This document shows positions 46,113-55,206 of a DNA stretch of 64,000 nt, piece by piece. The notes under the pieces were generated by a model. That model ran no database searches, was not told the origin of the DNA, and saw only the letters and a program-made list of their open reading frames with translations. This DNA is from an uncultured Candidatus Saccharibacteria bacterium (GTDB lineage Bacteria; Patescibacteriota; Minisyncoccia; Phycocordibacterales; CAYSCM01). Numbering within the stretch: the stretch's first letter is position 1; each line of letters starts with the position of its first letter. The translations under genes and the position numbers were made by a program. The stretch spans positions 224,001-288,000 of the forward strand of contig CAYSCM010000001.1 of NCBI GenBank assembly GCA_964429815.1. The letters run 5' to 3'.

Positions 46113-46748
46113 ATGAAATTCATCGTCGGATTCAAACAGCATATGACGCAGATCTTCGACGAAGCTGGCACGGTGCAGCCGGTTACCGTGCTTTCCGCTA
46201 CTCCTAACGTCGTGACTGCCATCAAGAGCAAAGAAAAGGATGGCTATATTGCGGTGCAGGTGGGTGCGGGGGAGCGCAAGGAAAAAAATATTTCAAAAGC
46301 CGTTAAGGGGCACGTGAAAGGCCACGGCAATTTTTCGGTACTTAAAGAGTTCCGCCCCGAAAATGTCGGCGACGAAGGTGAAGTCTCCAAAATGACACCA
46401 GGCACCGCGCTTGCGGTTGATGTGTTCGCTCCGGGCGACAAGGTGGTCGTCTCGGCAATTTCAAAAGGCAAAGGGTTCCAGGGTGTTGTGAAGCGCCACG
46501 GTTTCAAGGGAGATTCTCGCACGCACGGCCGCAAGCACTCCGAGCGCGCACCAGGTTCCATCGGCGGCGGAGGCCGCGCAGGAGGCCGTGTGGTGAAAGG
46601 TATGCGCATGGCAGGCCGCATGGGGTCTGATCGCATTACGGTAAAAAACCTCAAGGTGGTTGCTATCAATAAAGAAGCTGGAGAAATTCTTATTTCGGGA
46701 GCCGTTCCGGGTCGTCGGGGAACGGTCGTTGAAGTGCGCGGCATGTAA
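46113..46748 (+). CDS. rplC: 50S ribosomal protein L3
   Basis: 211 aa from MKFIVGFKQHMTQIFDE; a small hairpin plus T7 run lies 10 nt upstream of the ATG. Confidence 0.9.
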   Translation: MKFIVGFKQHMTQIFDEAGTVQPVTVLSATPNVVTAIKSKEKDGYIAVQVGAGERKEKNISKAVKGHVKGHGNFSVLKEFRPENVGDEGEVSKMTPGTALAVDVFAPGDKVVVSAISKGKGFQGVVKRHGFKGDSRTHGRKHSERAPGSIGGGGRAGGRVVKGMRMAGRMGSDRITVKNLKVVAINKEAGEILISGAVPGRRGTVVEVRGM

Positions 46749-46753
46749 ACACT

Positions 46754-47416
46754 ATGGCTGAAGTAACTATCTACAATCAGAAGGGTGAATCGGCGGGGAA
46801 GGTAAAACTTCCGGGCTTCTTCGAGACGAAGTGGAAGGCGGATGTCGTCCACCAGGTGGTCGTCGCGGAAGCGGCAAACGCTCGTGTGTCTATCGCCAAC
46901 ACCAAGGATAGAAGCGATGTGCGCGGTGGCGGCCGCAAGCCGTGGCAGCAGAAGGGTACCGGCCGAGCTCGTCACGGATCTTCTCGCTCGCCGATCTGGC
47001 GCGGAGGCGGTTCCACCTTTGGTCCGCAGAAAGAAAAGGACTACTCGCAAAAAATCAATAAGTCGATGCGCCGCAGGGCTCTCGCTATGGCACTCTCCCG
47101 CAAGGCCGCCGATGGGGAAGTGATCTTTGTCGATAAGCTCGTCTTTGCAAAGCCTTCAGCTAAAGAGGCTAAGGCAACACTCCTCGCGCTCGGCAAAAAC
47201 AAGGACTTCTCCTCGCTCAAGGATCGCCGCAACAACGCCGCTCTCATCGCGCTTTCCGAAAATGATAAAGAAGCTAAGAAGAGTTTCCGCAATTTCGGCA
47301 ATGTACTGATCGAGGAGGCACGCAACATCACCGCATCCGAGATCCTCGGCAAGAAGTACCTCATCATCGAAAATCCAACCGCGACCCTTCCGCGCTGGGA
47401 AAAAATTCTTAACTAA
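46754..47416 (+). CDS. rplD: 50S ribosomal protein L4
   Basis: 220 aa; RGGGRKPWQQKGTGRARHGS signature. Confidence 0.9.
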   Translation: MAEVTIYNQKGESAGKVKLPGFFETKWKADVVHQVVVAEAANARVSIANTKDRSDVRGGGRKPWQQKGTGRARHGSSRSPIWRGGGSTFGPQKEKDYSQKINKSMRRRALAMALSRKAADGEVIFVDKLVFAKPSAKEAKATLLALGKNKDFSSLKDRRNNAALIALSENDKEAKKSFRNFGNVLIEEARNITASEILGKKYLIIENPTATLPRWEKILN

Positions 47417-47421
47417 CCACC

Positions 47422-47838
47422 ATGGCTCTCTTCAATTTTGGAAAAAAGAAAAAGGACGCTCCGAATCTTCCTAAGAAGGCGACCCAGGCCGTGGCCGCAC
47501 CGGCGAAAGACGTAAAGATTCCGAAGGCAGCAAAAGTCTCGGGGGAGGGAGCGGGACGCTACGCGCACGTGCTTCTTCGCCCGCGCATCACGGAAAAAGC
47601 GACCGATGTCACCTCAAATAGCGTCTACGTTTTTGAAATCGATCCGCGAAGCGACAAGCGTGCCGTGCGTGAGGCGGTCAAAACCCAGTACAAGGTAAAT
47701 CCGGTGAAGATTAACATCGTGAAGCTTCCCGCTAAGCGTGTCGAGTCAAAACTTCGCGGCGGATTTCCGGGCGCGACTGCCGCGACGAAGAAGGCCTACG
47801 TCTACCTTCCTAAAGGAACCACTATTGAACTTGCATAA
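47422..47838 (+). CDS. rplW: 50S ribosomal protein L23 with ~45-aa K/A-rich N-terminal extension
   Basis: Core VLLRPRITEKAT...YVFEIDPRS...VNIV. Confidence 0.85.
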   Translation: MALFNFGKKKKDAPNLPKKATQAVAAPAKDVKIPKAAKVSGEGAGRYAHVLLRPRITEKATDVTSNSVYVFEIDPRSDKRAVREAVKTQYKVNPVKINIVKLPAKRVESKLRGGFPGATAATKKAYVYLPKGTTIELA

Positions 47839-47843
47839 CTATC

Positions 47844-48686
47844 ATGAAAAGCCATAACCCCACTTCAAAAGGCCGCCGTCAGCTTGTCTCGATCGAGTAC
47901 GGCAAATACCTCACCGCAAACGAGCCGTGGAAAGGACTCGTCTCGGGCGGCAAGCGCCGCGTCGGGCGCAACGCGTTCGGCCGTATCACGACTCGCCACA
48001 AGGGCGGCGGCCACAAGCGCCTCTTCCGCGATGTCGACTTCATGCTCACCAAGTTCGATATCCCGGCGCGCGTCGAGACTATTGAATACGACCCGAACCG
48101 CACGGCCTTTATCGCCCGCATCGTCTATCGCGATGGCGAGCGCCGCTACGTGCTCGCGAGCAAATCCATGCGTGTGGGCAATGAACTCCTCATTTCGGAG
48201 AAAGCCCCGGTGAAGCTTGGCAACCGCATGCCGCTTCGCAACATGCCGGTCGGCACTTTTGTCTACAATGTCGAGATTCAGCCGAAGGGGGGCGCCAAAC
48301 TCATCCGCTCGGCAGGGAACACTGCGGAAATCGTCGCGCAAGATGGTGACTACACAAACCTCAAGATGCCTAGTACCGAAGTGCGTCGCGTGCTCTCGGG
48401 GGCGTGGGCGACGATCGGTGAAGTATCCAACGATGAGAACAAGCTCCGCTCACTCGGAAAGGCCGGACGCTCCCGCTGGCTCGGCATTCGCCCGACCGTG
48501 CGCGGCTCCGTCATGAACCCGGTTGATCACCCACACGGCGGCGGCGAGGGTCGCCAGGGACGTGGTCGCCGACGCGCCATCTCCATCTACGGCAAACCGA
48601 CCGGCAAGGGCCAGAAGAGCCGCCGACCGAAGAAGTACAGCAACGGCATGATTCTCTCCCGACGTCGTGTCGGAAAAAACCGCTAA
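47844..48686 (+). CDS. rplB: 50S ribosomal protein L2
   Basis: 280 aa; GRNAFGRITTRHKGGGHKR, VMNPVDHPHGGGEG motifs. Confidence 0.95.
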   Translation: MKSHNPTSKGRRQLVSIEYGKYLTANEPWKGLVSGGKRRVGRNAFGRITTRHKGGGHKRLFRDVDFMLTKFDIPARVETIEYDPNRTAFIARIVYRDGERRYVLASKSMRVGNELLISEKAPVKLGNRMPLRNMPVGTFVYNVEIQPKGGAKLIRSAGNTAEIVAQDGDYTNLKMPSTEVRRVLSGAWATIGEVSNDENKLRSLGKAGRSRWLGIRPTVRGSVMNPVDHPHGGGEGRQGRGRRRAISIYGKPTGKGQKSRRPKKYSNGMILSRRRVGKNR

Positions 48687-48697
48687 AACTGATGAAA

Positions 48698-48723
48698 AAC
48701 GCCGCGACTTCCGTCGCGGCGTT
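48698..48723. terminator. bidirectional terminator hairpin AACGCCGCGACTTCCGTCGCGGCGTT between rplB and a convergent minus-strand gene
   Basis: 10-bp GC stem. Confidence 0.55.
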
Positions 48724-48728
48724 CGTGT

Positions 48729-49391
48729 TCACCAGTACGCAAAGGGATCGCGCCAGTCTGGGTAGTTATCATGGAGCCATCGGTATATTGGAGGATGCAG
48801 TTGCGGAAGTCTAGCTGCACGGCGTTTACTGTCTCTCGCCGCGTCTTCCTCAAGAAGGCGTGTATCTTCATCGGTTATTCCGTCGAACTTTCTTTCCTTC
48901 CGTTTTTCGACGTGCACAATGCCAATAAACTCGGCTGGTTTCTCTGGCTCAACAAAGGTACGGTCGATTACCACGTCGATGATATAGCCTCTTGGCCGTT
49001 CGATGGGAGCGGTGTGAATGTTGGGCGGATTCAAAGCGTAGCGACAATAGACTTGAGCGCTCTCTAAACCAAGTCGATCGTCGCTGAATTCCCGGTGTAT
49101 ATGTACCCGGAGATTCCCTTTCCTATCGAGAACATGAAGAATTCCAGAATCAGGCCTTCCGTAGGCATCGTATCCTTCGACCGCTCTCCAACCGGATGGG
49201 AGCACTACATCGAATCTCACATAATTTGGTGGCGGATTAGCCAACTCGTTAAAGAGTTGTCCATTGAGATCAAATGCTCTCAGCACCTGGAAACCTCCTC
49301 GTTGGAGCGTTTCGCGCATTCCCTTCAGTCCCTGCCAAGGGAATTCTGCATTTTCAAGAGTAAACCAGGGGAGTACTACGGTACCAGACAT
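48729..49391 (-). CDS. hypothetical protein (220 aa) inserted between rplB and rpsS
   Basis: Minus-strand AAGGAG RBS; no recognisable family. Confidence 0.5.
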   Translation of the reverse strand: MSGTVVLPWFTLENAEFPWQGLKGMRETLQRGGFQVLRAFDLNGQLFNELANPPPNYVRFDVVLPSGWRAVEGYDAYGRPDSGILHVLDRKGNLRVHIHREFSDDRLGLESAQVYCRYALNPPNIHTAPIERPRGYIIDVVIDRTFVEPEKPAEFIGIVHVEKRKERKFDGITDEDTRLLEEDAARDSKRRAARLPQLHPPIYRWLHDNYPDWRDPFAYW

Positions 49392-49467
49392 GTAATCTCC
49401 TTTTGTTTGTGGATCAGTCCTGAGGTGACATTAAATTTAAACAGCGCTTTTTGCAATAAAAGAAATT

Positions 49468-49493
49468 CACCCCGCACTTCTTTGTGCGGGGTG
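49468..49493 (-). terminator. minus-strand terminator hairpin CACCCCGCACTTCTTTGTGCGGGGTG
   Basis: 10-bp stem; T-rich on minus strand. Confidence 0.55.
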
Positions 49494-49499
49494 AGTTCG

Positions 49500-49913
49500 T
49501 CATCCGGTCTCGGACGGCACGCTGTTTTCGAGCTGTGAGCCGACCAGAACGAACGAATTAACGAAGATGATGAGAATACCCGCGAGAATGCTAAGAAACC
49601 ACAGCGGGCTCGAGAGGAGTATAATGAAGAGCGTGTAGAGTAGGGTCGCCGTGACGGAAAGCGATGAAAGCCAGGCACTTTCCTCGTCCCAATCCCACTC
49701 CCACTTCACGAAGCTTTCAGCGACCAGATACAGGACGAGGGCCGGCCCGCCAAAGAAAAAGAGGAAAAATCTCGCCCCATCGATCGCCTGAGTCATCATG
49801 GCGTCGAGGGTCATCAGCACGTGCGCCATCGTCCACGGTTTCGTCATAGGTTCTCCCTTCACGGTCTCTTGCGGAACTGTAGATCTTCTTGGGATTTTTG
49901 CAAGAATTTGCAA
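49500..49913 (-). CDS. hypothetical membrane protein (about 3 TM; possible start at 49847)
   Basis: Hydrophobic segments FFLFFFGGPALVLYLV, LLYTLFIILLSSPLWFLSILAGILIIFV. Confidence 0.45.
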   Translation of the reverse strand: MQILAKIPRRSTVPQETVKGEPMTKPWTMAHVLMTLDAMMTQAIDGARFFLFFFGGPALVLYLVAESFVKWEWDWDEESAWLSSLSVTATLLYTLFIILLSSPLWFLSILAGILIIFVNSFVLVGSQLENSVPSETG

Positions 49914-49975
49914 GAATATGAGGGATCCGAAAGAAAAACGCCGCGATCTGATGCATCGCGGCGGGGACCAAAAAT

Positions 49976-50226
49976 TCAGGCAGCGTCCTTTTCGCCGGGG
50001 AATAGAGGGTCGCTAAGCCTGTACTTAGTGATTCCGTCGCGGCGGTAGAGCGTGCCGGGTGCGTAGCCATGGCCTCGCTTCAGGCAGTAGGCCGCGACGT
50101 AGGCCCTCGCTTCCCCTTCGCTCTCGGCCGAAAAGTACTCGAGTTTTTTCTCTGCACTTCGAGCTCCCGAGACGGGATTTCGGAAAAATTTTACGTAGTT
50201 GAACTCGAACTCCTGTCGGGGCATGG
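49976..50226 (-). CDS. hypothetical small protein (83 aa from MPRQEFEF)
   Basis: AAGGAG RBS 6 nt before ATG 50226; the longer ORF-track version is Arg/Gly-rich upstream. Confidence 0.4.
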
Positions 50227-50289
50227 AAGGCTCCTTCAGTTGCGCTCCGGCCACTCTAGACCCGTTCTGTCTCCCTCGCAAGCCTCCGT

Positions 50290-50318
50290 TTGACAGTGCG
50301 GGCTCGCGCGAGTAGTAT
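50290..50318 (+). promoter_or_regulatory. promoter TTGACA-17-TAGTAT restarting transcription at rpsS
   Basis: Hexamer match 40 nt upstream of the rpsS ATG. Confidence 0.5.
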
Positions 50319-50358
50319 GTTGCCACAAGCTCTTCAGCGAGCTTTTTTGATTGAAATT

Positions 50359-50706
50359 ATGAGCCGATCGCTCAAAAAGGGACCCTACGTCGACGAGAAA
50401 CTCCTCAAGAAAATCGAGGGGAAGAAGCCCCAGTCAACCGGGGTTATTAAAACGTGGGCTCGCCGCTCCGTCATCGCTCCTACCATGGTCGGCTTCATCT
50501 TTGGCGTCTACAACGGCAAGCAGCACATCGACGTGCTGGTGACCGAGGAAATGGTAGGGCATCGCCTGGGGGAGTTCTCGCCGACCAAGAAGTTCACCCG
50601 CCATGGCGGCAAGATGCAGAAGGAGCTTGAAATTAAGAAGAAGGAGGCTGAAATTGCCGCCGCGCAGGCCGCAAAGACCGCTGCCGCGGATGCTGGCAAG
50701 AAATAA
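50359..50706 (+). CDS. rpsS: 30S ribosomal protein S19 with A/K-rich C-terminal extension
   Basis: [18 protein letters not shown]...TWARRSVI core; tail [23 protein letters not shown]. Confidence 0.9.
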   Translation: MSRSLKKGPYVDEKLLKKIEGKKPQSTGVIKTWARRSVIAPTMVGFIFGVYNGKQHIDVLVTEEMVGHRLGEFSPTKKFTRHGGKMQKELEIKKKEAEIAAAQAAKTAAADAGKK

Positions 50707-50707
50707 T

Positions 50708-51076
50708 ATGAAAGCCTCTCTCAAAAACTATCGACAGGCTCCGCGAAAGGTGCGCCTCGTGACCGACATGGTGAAAGGGAAGAAAGTTCCTGAAGCTCTC
50801 GTTGCGCTCACCCATCTCCCCAAGCGTGCCGCGCTTCCCATGAAAAAACTCATCGAGTCGGCAAGCAGGAATGCCGAGAATCTCGGCATGAAGCGCGAAA
50901 ATCTTTTCATCAAAGATATTCGAGTCGACAAAGGGATCGTCTTCAAGCGCATCATGCCGCGCGCGCGTGGCCGCGGAGCCCTCATCCGTCGTGAGTCGAG
51001 CCACATTTCTCTTTCTCTTGCTGAAGGTAACCCGCCGAAGAAGGGTCGCAACGCCCCTAAAGCGGTCGCCGCATAA
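50708..51076 (+). CDS. rplV: 50S ribosomal protein L22
   Basis: 122 aa; RQAPRKVRLVTDMVKGK...ARGRGALIRRESSHISL. Confidence 0.9.
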   Translation: MKASLKNYRQAPRKVRLVTDMVKGKKVPEALVALTHLPKRAALPMKKLIESASRNAENLGMKRENLFIKDIRVDKGIVFKRIMPRARGRGALIRRESSHISLSLAEGNPPKKGRNAPKAVAA

Positions 51077-51081
51077 ACACC

Positions 51082-51771
51082 ATGACGCACACCGTACATC
51101 CCTACGCACACCGACTTGGAATACTGCGCGACTGGAAAAGCCGTTGGATAACTTCTGATCCCAAGCGCTTCCGGGAATTTGTGAAATGTGATACGACTAT
51201 TCGCGAGTTCCTCACCAAGCGCTTGCGCGGCCTCTATGTCGCCGGCGTCGACATTGAGCGCAACAATAAAGTGCTTCGCGTCATCATAAAGACTTCCCGC
51301 CCCGGCATGCTCATTGGTCGCTCCGGAGAGGGGGCTGTTAAGCTCAAGGCCGAACTGGAAAAGCTCATCGCCAAGCTCGGGCTCTCCGATCCGGTGCAGC
51401 TCAAGCTCGATATCGAAGAGGTTCGCAATCCGGAAGGCAACGCCGCCATCGTAGCCTACATGGTCGCCGAGGGTCTCGAGAAACGCCTCACGTTCCGGCG
51501 CGTTCTTAAGATGACGGTCGAAAAGGTGATGGCAAACCGCGATGTCATCGGGGTGCGCATCGCCATCGCGGGGCGACTCGGCGGGGCCGACATGAGCCGT
51601 GCGGAGGAGATCAAGCGTGGTCGCATTCCGCTCCAGACACTGCGTGCCGACATTGATTTTGCCCGTGAGAAGGCGTACCTTCCCTACGGCGTTATAGGCG
51701 TCAAAGTCTGGATCTATAAGGGCGAAGTATTCGCCGACCGCAAGGGTAGTGCGCCGAAAACCGCTAAATAA
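51082..51771 (+). CDS. rpsC: 30S ribosomal protein S3
   Basis: 229 aa; KH domain and S3-C domain motifs (GIDIERNNKVLRVII, GRLGGADMSRAEE). Confidence 0.9.
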   Translation: MTHTVHPYAHRLGILRDWKSRWITSDPKRFREFVKCDTTIREFLTKRLRGLYVAGVDIERNNKVLRVIIKTSRPGMLIGRSGEGAVKLKAELEKLIAKLGLSDPVQLKLDIEEVRNPEGNAAIVAYMVAEGLEKRLTFRRVLKMTVEKVMANRDVIGVRIAIAGRLGGADMSRAEEIKRGRIPLQTLRADIDFAREKAYLPYGVIGVKVWIYKGEVFADRKGSAPKTAK

Positions 51772-51776
51772 TCACC

Positions 51777-52196
51777 ATGCTCTTTCCGAAAAAAGTAAAG
51801 CATCGCAAGTGGCAGACCGGACGCTGGAACCCCAAGCGCCTTACCCCCGACACGCGCGGCATTACCGTGGCGTTCGGTTCTTTTGGCCTTCGCGCGATGA
51901 CGCATGCTCGTGTCACGAGCAACCAGATCGAGGCCGGTCGCAAAGCGATATCGCGCCAACTGGGGAAGACCGGCAAGAGCTGGATACGAATTTTCCCCGA
52001 TCGACCGTTTACCAAGAAGCCGCCGGAAGTGAAGCTCGGGAAGGGAAAGGGCGACCCGCAGGGGTACGTCTTTGAGGTGCTCCCCGGGCGCATTCTCTTT
52101 GAGATAGACGGTGTTCCCGAGAGCGTGGCTCACGTAGCCCTGCGCAAGGCAGGCGCCAAACTTCCGGTGCGCACGAAGGTCGTTGCCCGAACATAA
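51777..52196 (+). CDS. rplP: 50S ribosomal protein L16
   Basis: 139 aa; MLFPKKVKHRKWQTGR signature. Confidence 0.9.
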   Translation: MLFPKKVKHRKWQTGRWNPKRLTPDTRGITVAFGSFGLRAMTHARVTSNQIEAGRKAISRQLGKTGKSWIRIFPDRPFTKKPPEVKLGKGKGDPQGYVFEVLPGRILFEIDGVPESVAHVALRKAGAKLPVRTKVVART

Positions 52197-52198
52197 TC

Positions 52199-52387
52199 AT
52201 GGCTACAAACGATTTCAAACATACACCAGAGACGGAACTTCGGAATCTCGCCAACGACAAGCGGGAAGCTCTTCGCGCGTTCCGCTTCGGGGTTGCCGGC
52301 AGCAAGACCCGCAACATCCGCGAGGGGCGCAACCTCAAGCGCGACATTGCCCGCATCGAAACCGAGCTTAACGCTCGAAAGAAATAA
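52199..52387 (+). CDS. rpmC: 50S ribosomal protein L29
   Basis: 62 aa; ELRNLANDKREALRAFRF. Confidence 0.85.
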   Translation: MATNDFKHTPETELRNLANDKREALRAFRFGVAGSKTRNIREGRNLKRDIARIETELNARKK

Positions 52388-52388
52388 T

Positions 52389-52667
52389 ATGATTGCGAAA
52401 ACCACCACAGCATTCAAACGGAAGTTCCAGGGCGTCGTCGTCTCGGACAAAATGCAGCAGACCGCGGTCGTACTCGTCTCGCGCTACGTGAAGCATCCGA
52501 AATACAAGAAGTATCAGCGCCTCACGAAGCGCTACAAGGCGCACAACCCGGAGAACAAGGCAAAGACCGGCGACTCCGTCGTTATTGAGGAGTGCCGTCC
52601 AATAAGCAAGGATAAGCACTTTCAGATATTGTCCATAACGCCCGCCAATTCCGGGGCAGAAGCCTAA
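52389..52667 (+). CDS. rpsQ: 30S ribosomal protein S17
   Basis: 92 aa; FQGVVVSDKMQQTAVVLVSRYVKHPKYKKY. Confidence 0.9.
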   Translation: MIAKTTTAFKRKFQGVVVSDKMQQTAVVLVSRYVKHPKYKKYQRLTKRYKAHNPENKAKTGDSVVIEECRPISKDKHFQILSITPANSGAEA

Positions 52668-52671
52668 TATC

Positions 52672-53043
52672 ATGATCCAGCCCCAGACACTCGTCACCGT
52701 TGCAGACAATTCCGGCGCCAAAATTGCCCGTGTGTTCAAGATTCTTGGAAGCTCCAAGAAGCGCTACGCCGAAATAGGAGACCTCGTTGTCCTCTCGGTC
52801 CAGGTCGCCGAGCCGCGCAAGATGATGAAGAAAAAGGAGGTCGCGACCGCCGTCATCGTGCGCCAGAGGAAGCCTTTTAGGCGCAAGGACGGTTCCTACG
52901 TGCGCTTCGATGAGAACGCGGTCGTCATCATCGATAAAGCAAAAATGGAGCCGAAGGCCGGGCGCGTGTTCGGCCCTATTCCGCGCGAGCTAGGGGAGCG
53001 CGGTTTCCAGAAAATCGTCTCGCTTGCCCCCGAGGTCGTGTAA
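52672..53043 (+). CDS. rplN: 50S ribosomal protein L14
   Basis: 123 aa; MIQPQTLVTVADNSGAK signature. Confidence 0.95.
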   Translation: MIQPQTLVTVADNSGAKIARVFKILGSSKKRYAEIGDLVVLSVQVAEPRKMMKKKEVATAVIVRQRKPFRRKDGSYVRFDENAVVIIDKAKMEPKAGRVFGPIPRELGERGFQKIVSLAPEVV

Positions 53044-53049
53044 TTCATC

Positions 53050-53352
53050 ATGAAAATCCACAAAGGCGATAGCGTCATAGTGATTTCCGGCAAGGACCGC
53101 GGCAAAACGGGCAAAGTTCTCCGCGCACTCCCATCCGAACACAAGGTCGTGGTCGAAGGCGTTAACTTGCTCAAGAAGCACCAGCGCCCCACGCAAAACA
53201 ACCAGAAGGGCCAAATCGTCGAGAAAACGATGCCCATCCATGTAAGTAACGTGATGCTCGTCGATGGGAAGGGTAAGCGCACGCGCGCCAGCTTCCGTCA
53301 CGTGGGAGAAAAGAAGCAGCGCTTTGCCAAAACGACGGGAAGTGAAATCTAA
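53050..53352 (+). CDS. rplX: 50S ribosomal protein L24
   Basis: 100 aa; KOW motif KIHKGDSVIVISGKDRGKTGKV. Confidence 0.9.
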   Translation: MKIHKGDSVIVISGKDRGKTGKVLRALPSEHKVVVEGVNLLKKHQRPTQNNQKGQIVEKTMPIHVSNVMLVDGKGKRTRASFRHVGEKKQRFAKTTGSEI

Positions 53353-53356
53353 TACC

Positions 53357-53878
53357 ATGCTCGAACTCATCAAAAAACAAAACGATGCGCACAAGGCGCT
53401 CTCCTACAAAAACGTAATGCAGACACCAAAGATCGAGAAGGTCATCGTCTCGATCGGCGTTGGCTCTGTGAAGGACAAGAAAAAATTTGACGTCATAACA
53501 GACCGCCTCGCGAAGATCACGGGCCAAAAGGCCGCTCCGCGCGCCGCCAAGAAATCGATTGCAACCTTTAAGCTGCGCCAGGGGGACGTCGTCGGGTTCC
53601 AAATCACGCTCCGAGGCTCGCGCATGAAGAATTTTCTCGAACGCCTTCTCGCGGTGGCGCTTCCACGTACCCGCGACTTCCGTGGGCTTGATCCTAAGGC
53701 TATCGACGAGATGGGTAACCTCACCATCGGCATTAAGGAGCACACTATTTTCCCTGAAACCTCTGACGAGGATCTCAAGGACGTCTTTGGATTTGCCGTG
53801 ACGGTGGTTACTACCGCCAAAAGTCGCGACGAGGCACTGAAGTATCTCACCTACCTCGGATTTCCTTTCAAGAAATAA
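53357..53878 (+). CDS. rplE: 50S ribosomal protein L5
   Basis: 173 aa from MLELIKKQNDAH; FDGRGNLTIGIKE-like L5 core. Confidence 0.9.
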   Translation: MLELIKKQNDAHKALSYKNVMQTPKIEKVIVSIGVGSVKDKKKFDVITDRLAKITGQKAAPRAAKKSIATFKLRQGDVVGFQITLRGSRMKNFLERLLAVALPRTRDFRGLDPKAIDEMGNLTIGIKEHTIFPETSDEDLKDVFGFAVTVVTTAKSRDEALKYLTYLGFPFKK

Positions 53879-53949
53879 AAAGCCCTAGCTTTCAGAGCAA
53901 TTTGTATTTTTTGGGCTTCAGCTTAGGTCGAGCTTTCGGACCGGAGCAG

Positions 53950-53979
53950 TTGACAATCTCCACTATTATATAGTATAAT
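53950..53979 (+). promoter_or_regulatory. promoter TTGACA-18-TATAAT driving the DGR target gene
   Basis: Exact hexamers; followed by RBS AAGGAGG 6 nt before ATG 54118. Confidence 0.6.
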
Positions 53980-54117
53980 TCTTTCCATAACACTAGTTCC
54001 TTGATTTGGTTTTGCCCTGGCAGGAAGAGCTTTCGTTGAGAGAATTTCCTGCTGTGGCAAAGCCCGTTCGGGCCGAGTCTGAACAGCACTGTAAAAACGC
54101 TCAAAGGAGGTAATCTC

Positions 54118-54759
54118 ATGAGCGAACAACAGATCGCCAAGCTCGCCGGCGCATTGGTGGAGCACCAACGGCATTTCGGTGCCATGCCAACCGAGGATCG
54201 CCAGTGGGCGATCCAGAATACTGAAGCGGCCATCGGTCTATTCGCCGTTGCAGTGAAGAACCGCGACAACGGCCAGACACAGAAACCAAGGACGCTCTTG
54301 AAGTTCGTGGCGAGCGTAAGCATCGCCGCGATCGAAGGCTTCAAAGTCTCCGAGAACTTCGAGGAGGGGAAGTTGGGCCCGGTCAGAATCTATTGGCTCG
54401 GCGACGACTTCAAGAAGCACTTCGGCCGCAAGACCGAGAGCGCTTTGGAAGCAGTCGAGCTGAAGGTTCACACTCTGACCAAGGCTTCGCTCGATGCCCC
54501 GATCATCGCGGAACTCGCGGGCAATGCGGAGATCACGATGGGCCAGTTCTTCGCTCTGCTATCGAAGCAGGGCAAGGGCGAGAGCGGGCCGCTCCTTACG
54601 AACGGCTACGCCAACATCGCCTACATCCGCGACGACGAGGGCGTCCTATGGGCGGTGGACGCCCACTGGCACGCCGGCCGCGGGGGCTGGGACGTCTACG
54701 CCGACTCAGTCGCCTACCCGGGCGAGTGGGACCGGGGTCGCCAGGTTCTTTCCCGCTGA
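54118..54759 (+). CDS. DGR target (variable) protein, 213 aa, C-terminal variable region; no signal peptide detected
   Basis: The last ~33 codons (VR 54658-54756) are the adenine-mutagenised copy of TR; TR N codons (AAC) correspond to D/H/H/G/R/D/Y/D/A/Y/G/D/R in VR. Confidence 0.8.
   Translation: MSEQQIAKLAGALVEHQRHFGAMPTEDRQWAIQNTEAAIGLFAVAVKNRDNGQTQKPRTLLKFVASVSIAAIEGFKVSENFEEGKLGPVRIYWLGDDFKKHFGRKTESALEAVELKVHTLTKASLDAPIIAELAGNAEITMGQFFALLSKQGKGESGPLLTNGYANIAYIRDDEGVLWAVDAHWHAGRGGWDVYADSVAYPGEWDRGRQVLSR
54658..54756 (+). repeat. DGR variable region (VR)
   Basis: ~100-bp alignment to TR with 16 mismatches, every one an A in TR (A->G/C/T in VR), and no non-A differences; homology ends just after the stop codon. 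Confidence 0.85.
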
Positions 54760-55096
54760 TTCTCGAACCCTTAAGCCCTCGGCCTGAGATCCTTTGACCC
54801 TCTGAAACTTTGCGAAGCAATTTGCGAAGGAGTAGGAGGGTCTTCTATTTTTTATTTTGATATAGTAAGACGTGAGGAGTGCTACTGATGCGGCGGCTAC
54901 GGCTTCCGCACAGCGCCTCGAGTATCTGTATCGCCAGAATCACGTCGGCTAAGGCTTGCGCGAGAGCGCGTGCAGGTACTCTTAAAAAAGATAAAGAATC
55001 GGTGCCTCATGCTGGCGGACTTCAAGGTCCCACATACGATACAGCTCGGAGAGTATTCGATGGGTGGTGTTATTGATGGCTTAAGGCACACAACGG

Positions 55097-55206
55097 ATGG
55101 GCGGTGAACGCCAACTGGAACGCCGACAACGGGGGCTGGAACGTCAACGCCAACTCAGTCGACAACCCGAACGAGTGGAACCGGGGTAACCAGGTTCTTT
55201 CCCGCT
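55097..55206 (+). repeat. DGR template repeat (TR); AAC-rich (11 AAC codons in VR frame); followed by hairpin CCCCGCCCTTCGGCGGGG + TTTT
   Basis: See VR; ORF-track entry 55104-55391 is the TR read in the VR frame, not a gene. Confidence 0.85.
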
